Shown: positions 54,185 to 64,000 of the stretch, one piece after another
Numbering within the stretch: the first letter of the stretch is position 1
Layout of the letters: each line of letters starts with the position of its first letter
Assembly (NCBI GenBank): GCA_030141605.1
Contig: JAQGDQ010000956.1
Location: forward strand, 12,579 to 76,578
Direction of reading: 5' to 3'
Length of the DNA stretch: 64,000 nucleotides
Origin: Tubiluchus corallicola
Lineage: Eukaryota; Animalia; Priapulida
Made by a program: the position numbers and the translations under genes
The notes under the pieces: model-generated
The model's database searches: none
What the model saw: only the letters and a program-made list of their open reading frames with translations
What the model was told of the DNA's origin: nothing

Positions 54185-56039
54185 ATTATGTTCACTACGT
54201 CTATAGTTGAACACTGGGAAAGCAGAATACTAAAATAAATGCGTCCTCAAGAGAGTTAAACACAGCAGTAATTCAGCAAAAAAACTAGGCTTGTCAGCAC
54301 CACTTCCGATTAAATGGCGTATTCGTACGCCATTTACACAGTGACGAAGCCAAAGTAAGCCCTGTGTGGTTGACCCTGTAGTGCCTATCATTGCAATAGT
54401 ACTATAATTGCTACGTTGTTAATGTTGTGAGAAGTGTAGACCTAAATACTGTAGCCTCTGTTACATCTACGAAAAATGCAAAGTTTGAAAACCAGTCACA
54501 TAATAACCTATGTTGTGGTACAATGTACATGAATATGCAAGAATTATTTATGTATAAAGATTTAAAAAGATTATTTTTATGTTTTTTTATTTCAAACTTT
54601 ACAAAGTTCATATACACATCACAAATTAATACAAATAATACAATAAATCATGACACACAACAATAACTCAAATAACAATTAACGATATAACAAACTACGC
54701 CAATGACGTCTAATTACAGAAGTAAAGTTTACATCACTGTTTAAAATGTTCTTGCATATAAAATTTTCACTCTTATTCAGCCTGACGTGTAAACTCTGTG
54801 TACATTTTCTCTGAATCACATCAAATAAGATTAAGTCTAGTAGAAATATATCTGGCGCTCGTATCATATGAAAAGTTAAACAGTTTCCGTGTTGATACAT
54901 TACACGCAACCTTGCGTTTTCTAAGATTGTAAGAATAAAAATGTCTCCAAGTGGACATACAATAAAAAGTAGTGCAGTGAGCATTAAACAATTGTCTCTT
55001 CACGTTAACTGAACAGAGAGTAAATTTCATGAGTAATTTATTGACTCTGCCGTAGAAAATTGAACATTGTCGTAATATATCTAAATCATTATATTACTAT
55101 AATGTCATACAGGCTAGTACTGACTGTACAGTTGTATTAAAATACGGTTTTTTTACGTTTACATACAATTGAGTTTTTGTAATTTTCATATTTGCTTGCT
55201 CAATATCGCAACATTTCAGTAAACTGTTCTTGAATAATATGAATACGAAATCAGTCGTAAAAGGCCGAGGTCCTGCGTTGATTTTGCTAAAACGCAATTT
55301 CCATCATTCTAAAATTGACTTGAGCAAATTCAGGACAGAAATTACGTTTAACGCGGGTCCCGATTTTCATCACTTAAAATTGTTTATTGCCGTTTTACGA
55401 TTTTCGGCGCAGCATTTATGGAAAACGACAGTGGAATATATGAAACCCAACAACAGGGATTCATCAACAAATTGTTCCAAGATGGCGGATAATATCCCCT
55501 CGAAAAGAGCAGAAACGGTTTCGTGCAGAATATTCTAGACGTTTTAGGTTTTGCAAGAAATTACTGATAAGCATGCCAGTATAAATATTTAAAGTGTATT
55601 AACTTCGCTGTAGCAACGGATAGGAACAGAACCTGATTTTCGTCAACTTAATTGTGGCCATTTTCCGATTTTATTGCTCCATAAAGCGTTAAAATGAGAA
55701 AAGTAATAAGAAATTTGCCTGAGACGTGCATGGAGTGATGGGGTTAAAATTAATGCATGGCAAAATTATTTACTACGGCTACATTGCAAAAGTCGCAAAA
55801 ATAAAAATCGTGATGCAAGTATACAAAAAACTATATTGTATCTATTATTGTGTATTGTATAAAATAGAGGCTACATTGTTCATTGTATGTTATATATAAC
55901 CAATATTATTGTTTTCATTTTTGTAAACTTTTACAGTGTACATATTATAGGATATTTATAAACTGTACAAATGGTGTTTCATATGTAAGATATCTTATAT
56001 AGACGACTAGGCCCTAATACTTCTTAGTTATCAAACTCT

Positions 56040-56400
56040 CTCAGATTATCAAACTCCCTTGTTTATCTATAAATATATCAACAATATTAATTGTCCTTTC
56101 AAAAACAATAAGCTCACACTTCTTAAAAACCCCAGTATGAATAACAGAACACTAAATTTAAGAAACATTAGAACGAACAATCAATATGGAAAGAATTCCA
56201 TTACTAAGCAAGCAATACAACTTTGGAATTCATTAACGACATCACTAAAACACAGCAGCTTTTTATCAATATTCAAGTCTAAATTAAAAAAAAAACATGT
56301 AATGACTCGTTTTGAATATCCGACATACGAACACGATGATACTTACTCAAAACATAATTTCATTTTTCCTAGGCCTTACTAAACTAGTTTATATTTTATT
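56040..56400 (+). mobile_element. Non-LTR ORF2 C-terminal relic
   Basis: FIYKYIN...TNNQYGKNSITKQAIQLWNSL...SIFKSKLK. Confidence 0.65.
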
Positions 56401-56542
56401 TTTGAATTTCTAATTGCACTTATAGTTTAGCTTGCACCAGACGCATTTGCCCAGAACAGTGTATGTTTTTTATATGAACTAACACTGATTGTCTGTCTTT
56501 TAATATGATGGTCAATGTTTTTAAAATGGCTAATAAAGATTT

Positions 56543-56710
<168 letters not shown>

Positions 56711-57129
56711 ATATAGGGCAGATATATAATACACGTGTATGTGAGTGTAATATTGATATCTTCGCGCGAACGCATTCTATGATAGGATACGAGAACGACA
56801 AAATACAGCCAAAATTTTACATAACATACTGTAAATCACGTTTAAAGTTAATACTCTCTACCGCAATGACTATATGAACAATCAACAAATAGAGAAGTTT
56901 TGTTTTGACCTCCCTGATTTTTGATTAAAAGAGATTCTCAGCTCAGTAGCATAAAGAATTTATCTAGTCCAGTTACTAATAATGTAAATGTAACGTAAAA
57001 TTTATTTACATATCGCACTACACCGTTTGAAATCTCAACACGCTAAACAATAAAATACGTTTAAAATTCATGAGAAACATAAAATTTAAGACATTAAAAT
57101 TAAAAATAATTCATTATAAAAAGTACAAT

Positions 57130-57450
57130 TTAAATAAATCAGTTTTAAGATGTTATTTAAAACAATCTAATGAATTTCTAGAACGTATAGCAACAGGTAA
57201 GTTGTTCCAGAGACGTGGAGCTCAAACAGAAAAAGCTTTTTCACCATAGAATACTGTATTAAGAATTGACGTAAATTAATTTGTTTATTAGCATTAGAAC
57301 GAAGTCTTCGGCTTATGTTACAGCGTATTAAAAGATCAGTAAGGTATGCAGGTGCCAAGCCATGTAGTATTTTGCAGGTGATACAAAGGGCATATTGTCA
57401 AACGGTAAGTTTTCATTAAGTCTTGCTCATAGTACAGCCATATGCAGACA
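57130..57450 (-). mobile_element. L2-like ORF2 C-terminal relic
   Basis: APAYLTDLL..SRRLRS, then in a shifted frame APRLWNNLPVAIR. Confidence 0.65.
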
Positions 57451-57552
57451 AAAATGTAGATTACGATACCCATAAATACGGAAAGAAGACCAGGGCCAAA
57501 TTTTGATTTTGTGGGCCCCTGGGCAACAGATACTGAGGAGCCGACACCCAGG

Positions 57553-58045
57553 GACAATTAACAAAAGCATGAATGTTGGATTCTTCAAAGCAGTTTATTC
57601 GACTTCTACAAAATAAAGCCAACATTAGACCAACAGTGACAATTAACAAAAGCATGAATGTTGGATTCTTCAAATCAGTTTATTCGACTTCTACAAAATA
57701 AAGCCAACATTAGACCCAGTGACAATTAACAAAAGCATGAATGTTTTGATTCTTCAAATCAGTTTATTCGACGTCTACAAAATAATGCCAACATTAGACC
57801 AACAGTGACAATTAACAAAAGCATGAATGTTGGATTCTTCAAATCAGTTTATTCGACTTCTACAAAATAAAGCCAACATTAGACCAACAGTGACAATTAA
57901 CAAAAGCATGAATGTTGGATTCTTCAAATCAGTTTATTCGAATTCTACGAAATAAAGCCAACATTAGACCAACAGTGACAATTAACAAAAGCATGAATGT
58001 TGGATTATTTAAATCAGTTTATTCAATTTCTACAACATTAGACCC
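57553..58045. repeat. 85-bp tandem repeat, ~5.8 units
   Basis: gacaattaacaaaagcatgaatg at 57553, 57638, 57721, 57807, 57892 and 57977. Confidence 0.92.
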
Positions 58046-59594
58046 ATATAGATGTGCATACCCGCATGCCCGCATAGAAGTCTAACACAACAAAAAGTGA
58101 AGAGATATTTTGATATTTACAAAATCAAAATAAGCTTTTGAAATTGTAAATATACTACGTACAAAAGAAATAAATAAATTACTGGTATTTTAACGTATAT
58201 TATTATGATATAGCATATTAATTAAAATTCATGCCATATTTAAAAAGATTAATCAGCATACTTCTACTTTCATTCTGTAGAAACCTTTCACAGTAAATTA
58301 ATTTCGCTTAATCTCTGGAGGCTCTACTGCATGGTACTTGGGCTGCAGTCCAGGAAATCCATATCTTAATCCAGCACAGGATAAGATTAGATGAGGTCAT
58401 TAAATTGTATGCATAAACTATAAAAAATAGAACTACATACTGCAAATCTTGATAGTAAGTTTGCAGCTCTGCAAAGGTCACTTCTAGTCGTTTTTAATCC
58501 TCCCCTTTGTGATTCATGGTTTTAATCTCCAGATGAGCGACTAGGGTGGGGGGGGGCACGTCTTCACAAAAATTCAAGGAACGGTGCTTTAAGTGTAGGT
58601 CCATAAGCCTACACTTGCCAAATCAGGCAAGACAAGACGAAAGAACGAAAATGGAAAGCTGAGATGAGAACGTTTGGTTAATTGGGTTCATCAGAACTTA
58701 AAAAAAATAGTCGGAAATCGTGTTCTCGCTTTTTAGAATCGGAAAAAATCATATTTTCAGTAAATAAACCTGCTATCTGCGAATTCCTAAAATAAAATAT
58801 GTTTATCGATAGATTTTAAAAAGCATAAATGTAAAATACTGCAGTACTGTCACTTATTATGTCATTTTGAAACGCTAGCAAAAAATGTAATTGCAAAAAT
58901 TTGCTTCGGACAGTGTGAGGTCACGCTGTAGAACGTGCCCAAGTGCAACACAGAGAACTGTGTCTCTATAATTACAATAAATCCTACTCGAATCCATCCT
59001 TAGTTTCTTGAAAAACTTTTCTCTCAGCAATCTCCTAGTTTTTCGAACTTGTCAAACTTACAGAAAATAATTTTAATCAGAATAACGAACCAATAATAAT
59101 TGCAATACACATTTTCTTAGCCATCTCTTTAACACTCAAGTCGCCCAAGTGTATTTGTCCACAAGCACGCAGCCCCAAAACAGCTTGCCTAGTCCTCGTA
59201 CGGTGCGCTGAATTTGATAAAAAAGCGTAGACAAAGACTACGTAGTATCCGTGCTAATAGCAAACCAACACACGCTGACTGTAGCAACAGCTAACAGCAA
59301 CAACGCCATTCAAATTTTACGAGCTTACACGTTGATTTTATGAAGCTTTCTGTATCTCTAGGCGACTGTAGCTTCCACAATTAATCATTCAATTTTCTCC
59401 TAGAAACCGATTTTCCATTTTCCACATTGGGCGTAACGTCAGTCTCTCTCCCCCTCTCAAGACACTATTACATGTAGTCTGACGATGTAGGCCTGTTTCT
59501 GTTCTTTCCAAACGGAATTGCCTAACTTTCTTTAGTGAAATTTCTCCGACGTTCTCCTGTGTGATTTATGCTGACCGAAGTAACTACGTCGTAA

Positions 59595-60418
59595 AAACAG
59601 TTTTGTGTATGTTATAAGCAAACGTTAAATGACTCGTGCTGTACATTCTATGGTCCTGGTAGCACTGTATGTAACGTCAGTATATTGTTCCGGCTTTTTG
59701 CTACCAGAAATGAAAAAGACTCAATTCAGTAGAAACAGTTTTGTGTATGTTATAAGCAAACGTTAAGTGACTCGTGCTGTACATTCTATGATCCTGGTAG
59801 CACTGTATGTAACATCAGTATATTGTCCCGGCTTTTTGCTACCAGAAATGAAAAAGACTCAGTTCAGTAGAAACAGTTTTGTGTATGTTATAAGCAAACG
59901 TTAAATGACTCGTGCTGTACATTCTATGGTCCTGGTAGCACTGTATGTAACGTCAGTATATTGTTCCGGCTTTTTGCTACCAGAAATGAAAAAGACTCAA
60001 TTCAGTAGAAACAGTTTTGTGTATGTTATAAGCAAACGTTAAATGACTCGTGCTGTACATTCTATGATCCTGGTAGCACTGTATGTAACATCAGTATATT
60101 GTCCCGGCTTTTTGCTACCAGAAATGAAAAAGACTCAGTTCAGTAGAAACAGTTTTGTGTATGTTATAAGCAAACGTTAAATGACTCGTGCTGTACATTC
60201 TATGATCCTGGTAGCACTGTATGTAACATCAGTATATTGTCCCGGCTTTTTGCTACCAGAAATGAAAAAGACTCAGTTCAGTAGAAACAGTTTTGTGTAT
60301 GTTATAAGCAAACGTTAAATGACTCGTGCTGTACATTCTATGGTCCTGGTAGTACTGTATGTAACGTCAGTATATTGTTCCGAATTCCTGCTACCAGAAA
60401 TGAAAAGACTCAGTTCAG
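59595..60418. repeat. 138-bp tandem repeat, 6 units
   Basis: aaacagttttgtgtatg at 59595, 59733, 59871, 60009, 60147 and 60285. Confidence 0.95.
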
Positions 60419-60799
60419 CTCAGTTTTGCATTTTGTAATAATTTTTATTATAGTTGCATTTGTTTTATTTTGGTTAAATTTAAGAGAAATTAAAATTTGT
60501 TTCTTTAATAAAGTAATATTACAGTGTAGTTAATGGTGTGTATATTGTGTTTTTGTCTAATAAACATATTTGTTTTCAAAGTTAACTGAATTTTACTGAA
60601 AAAAATCCAAACAGTCACAATACGACAAGGCACTCGCAGGTGCATGAATGATGGAATACAACAGTGGTATGTAGCAGTTAAATCAAGTTCATTTACCAAA
60701 ACCACTCACATATTGAGAACGCGTGTTGCTAGAACTCCCAGTCAAGACAAATAAATAAGAGATGTGTTGGCCAACGAAACAGCAAATAAAAAATCTTCA

Positions 60800-60980
60800 A
60801 TTTCATTGCATAGTCTGACACCACGTTGTATCATTGTTTCATTGTATAGTCTAATGTTATGTTGCACCATTGTTTCGTTGTATAGTCTGATGCTAGGTTC
60901 TATCATTGTTTCATTGTATAGTCTGATGCTACGTTGTATCATTGTTTCATTGTACAATTTGATACTATTTTGTGTCATTG
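60800..60980. repeat. 36-bp diverged minisatellite, ~5 units
   Basis: cattgtttcattgtatagtctgatgctacgttgtat. Confidence 0.75.
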
Positions 60981-60981
60981 C

Positions 60982-61029
<48 letters not shown>

Positions 61030-61629
61030 CTTTATTCGTAAATTAATTGTATACTTTGAGTTAGTTAATTAAAGCACAAGAAGACCCCCAGTTATATAAA
61101 GCTTAAAATATTCGTCTTGAAATTTTGTAATATATATATATCAGCGGAACCTCGCCTGGCTAAACGAGCTTTTCCCGGAATATCGCTGTCAGTTCAAAGC
61201 AACCGACTGCACAGCAATGAAGCAATTTAAGCGTCGGAGAGGTCATACATCACCCGGACAGACTCGCGGCACTTAGTTTTCATTTGCCGCCCATTAGGAA
61301 ACACTACAGCTTCTATCGTTCCACTCATTAGGATGATTAGCTAGAGAGAAGCAGCAGTAATACCTGTCATTTTTCAATTTCATTCACAGAAGATACTCCT
61401 GAGTTATCTTGATAAAGATAATACACGTGAAATGCAAGTACAAACCTTTGATTTCTCAAAATTAAGATGAGATGGCTTTATCTTTACTTAGTTACCACAA
61501 ATTCAAATTTAATTTTTTTATTTCTGTAACTAAGGTCGAGCTAAATACAAATATAGTACTAAAATGAAGTAAAATACAGTGAAATAATAAATAAAAAAGA
61601 TATAATAAAAGTAATCCTAAAATAAAGTC

Positions 61630-61902
61630 ACATTTTAACACAATTAATACTGCAAAAATGTTTGTGATAATTATATAATAGATTAAAAACTTAATTAACG
61701 GCGGGCAAGTCAAACTATTGATGACATCACAAACGAACATAATTTTCAACAGCAAAAATATTCCACGAGCGTGTTGAACGTGTTTCCGAAAGCGAAAATT
61801 GAAGTACAGTGCTACTCTAAGAGATTCAGTGTGTTGTACTAAAACTAGGCAAGTTTTAAGATAAAAAATCAAATTTCAAATTTACCGCTGTGCTCACGCA
61901 TG
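61630..61902 (-). mobile_element. Kolobok-like element K1, internal fragment
   Basis: cattttaacacaattaatactgc...ttaccgctgtgctcacgcatg matches K1 internal sequence. Confidence 0.8.
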
Positions 61903-62084
61903 TTGTACATGGCGGCATTAATGTTCGAGGTGCATAAACGCGGCGTTTTAGTGTGATGTATAATTCTTTTACGCTTTGTATTAAAATTTAATATCTTTTT
62001 GCATGCATAATTATTAAAGTTGAATAACTAAAAAGTACCAAACATAATATGTTTGATATAGTCTATTTCGCAATATATATATTT

Positions 62085-62112
62085 TTTCTCCCTACCTCCT
62101 CCCTCTCTCTCT

Positions 62113-62151
<39 letters not shown>

Positions 62152-62196
62152 CTCTCTTTCTTTCTCTCTCTGTCCCCTCTCTCTCTCCTCTCTCTT

Positions 62197-62233
<37 letters not shown>

Positions 62234-62278
62234 CTCCCTCTCCTCTCTCTTTCTCTCTCTCTTTCTCACTCTCTCCTT

Positions 62279-62312
<34 letters not shown>

Positions 62313-62436
62313 CTCTCTCTCTTCTTCTTCTCTCTCTCTCGCTCGTTCTCTCTCTCTCTCCTCTCTCTTTCTTTCTCTCTCTCTCTCTCTCTCTCCTCTC
62401 TATCTCTCTTCTCTCTCTCTCTCTTTCTCACTGTCT

Positions 62437-62493
<57 letters not shown>

Positions 62494-62602
62494 TCTCTTT
62501 CTCTCCTTCTCTCTCTCCTCTCTCTCTCTTCTCTCTCTCTTTTTCTCACTCTCTCCTTCTCTCTCTCTTTCTTTCTTTCTTTCTCTCTCTCTCTCTCTCT
62601 CT
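62085..62602. repeat. (CT)n-rich microsatellite
   Basis: Direct reading. Confidence 0.95.
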
Positions 62603-63119
62603 TCGTTACCAACAAAGCAATCAAAATACATCTTGGCCAAACTAATCCTATCCATTACTCTTTCCAAATCATTCCAGCCCACATGATTGCATTACGGTCT
62701 CGGTTAATTACGCTGCGGAATCTTGTAGATCATCTTAGAAAAATCATCAGTAGACCATAACGCTGGTAGACAAAATCTAGGATGTATATCATACGCGTCA
62801 AAACTACGCTGATTTACGAGTTCTGCCATTCGACTGAACAAACGTCTCATGTTGGACGGGCTATCTTTTCATTAACTTTCATAATAGCTTTGAGTTCAGT
62901 AATTCCCTTGATTAGTTTTTATGACTTTCGTTGTAGCTGTCCATTGGGCTTCTTCTGATAGAGAATTAGTTGCGTGGCTTCATCGTATTAAGTTCGTTAA
63001 AAATGCAATATTATTTCCTTTAGTCGGAATCATATTATAAATATTTTAGTGAATAATTACTATAGTAATAGAAACGCAGTGAAAATTTGAAAACAAGGTA
63101 GCCATTATCGTGTAGCCAA

Positions 63120-63734
63120 TTAAAGCAAAACCCCGCCCACTCTTAAACTGCAGGTCAAAACAATTTACTGTTGAAAATATTGAAAGGAAACATTCTATTT
63201 TTTCGAAAATGACTTACGTGAAAGAATTATTACCACACTAACAAAATTTCGCGTCGCGCCGCTAGTTCTACGCTGTTACATGCATTTCGCCTTCCGCTAG
63301 TTAGACGGGCGCCTGCATTTCGGAAACGCATTGCACAAAAACAGGTGCTGTACAGGTACAGTTCAGATGTGTTAGTTTGTGACGAACGGCACACATTCGA
63401 CAGTTCATGAATGAGCACAGCGGTAAATTTGAAATTTGATTTTTATCTTAAAACTTGCCTAGTTTTATTGCAACACACTGAATCTCTTACAGTAGCGCTG
63501 TACTTCAATTTTCTGTTTCACAAACACGTGCAACACGCTCGTGGAATATTTTTGCTGTTGAAAATTATGTTAGTTTGTGATGTCATCAATAGTTGAGCCC
63601 GCCCGCCGGTTAATTAAGATTTTAATCCATTATTTATCTACCAGAAACGCTTTTCCACTATTATTGTTGTTAAAATGTATACTTTTTACCGTACTTTGGG
63701 ATACTATACCAAAAATCATCCTGTTTTCTTTTAA
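63120..63734 (+). mobile_element. Kolobok-like element K1, full-length
   Basis: TTAA|AGCAAAACC ... CATCCTGTTTTCTT|TTAA. Confidence 0.85.
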
Positions 63735-64000
63735 CTATAATAGGACTAAAGTTGAATCTAAATTTCCGACATTAATGCGTGTGAGTGGCGCAGCATGTGG
63801 CGACAACATTATTAAAAACACATTTTGAGATATTGCAGTTTTGTACAGACGCTTTCTAAATTAATGCACATAGATTATAATGATAATATACAAAGTTTTA
63901 TAACAAGAAATTTTTAATTTTTTTGGTGTTATGAAAAGATAAAAATTTTCAAAAAAATATCAGGTTTATGACACTGTAAAGAGAAAGCATCCAAAAATGG

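Noticed and set aside
54362-54418. ACCCTGTAG (miR-10-like 5' end) with a weak hairpin
   Set aside because: Similarity stops after 9 nt, pairing relies on many G-U pairs, and miR-10 belongs elsewhere in the cluster

Overview
AT-rich (roughly one-third GC by eye), repeat-dense animal genomic DNA. The only well-supported host protein-coding feature is the terminal homeobox exon of a posterior Hox gene of the Abdominal-B class (15700-15986, +). Its upstream exon(s) are not recognisable in the 15.7 kb upstream, and no other Hox exon is seen in the 48 kb downstream. The rest is mainly mobile-element debris and tandem repeats: nine copies of one TTAA-flanked Kolobok-like non-autonomous element; hAT-, piggyBac- and Tigger-like MITEs; tRNA-headed SINEs with a Meta/MESC-like core; 3' fragments of non-LTR retrotransposons; a probable solo LTR; a Penelope-type hammerhead relic; minisatellites and long microsatellites. 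Almost all ORFs in the supplied track are translations of these repeats. The most intriguing unexplained element is a repeat-free, GC-raised island about 25 kb downstream of Abd-B (40460-41360). It has promoter-like motifs, clustered posterior-Hox and Pho/YY1-type sites, a canonical-looking short intron, a possible 39-aa spliced micro-ORF and a pre-miRNA-sized hairpin, which makes it a candidate analogue of the iab-8-type non-coding transcript. I could not find the canonical mir-iab-4/iab-8 hairpin. All calls were made by eye, so repeat boundaries are approximate.
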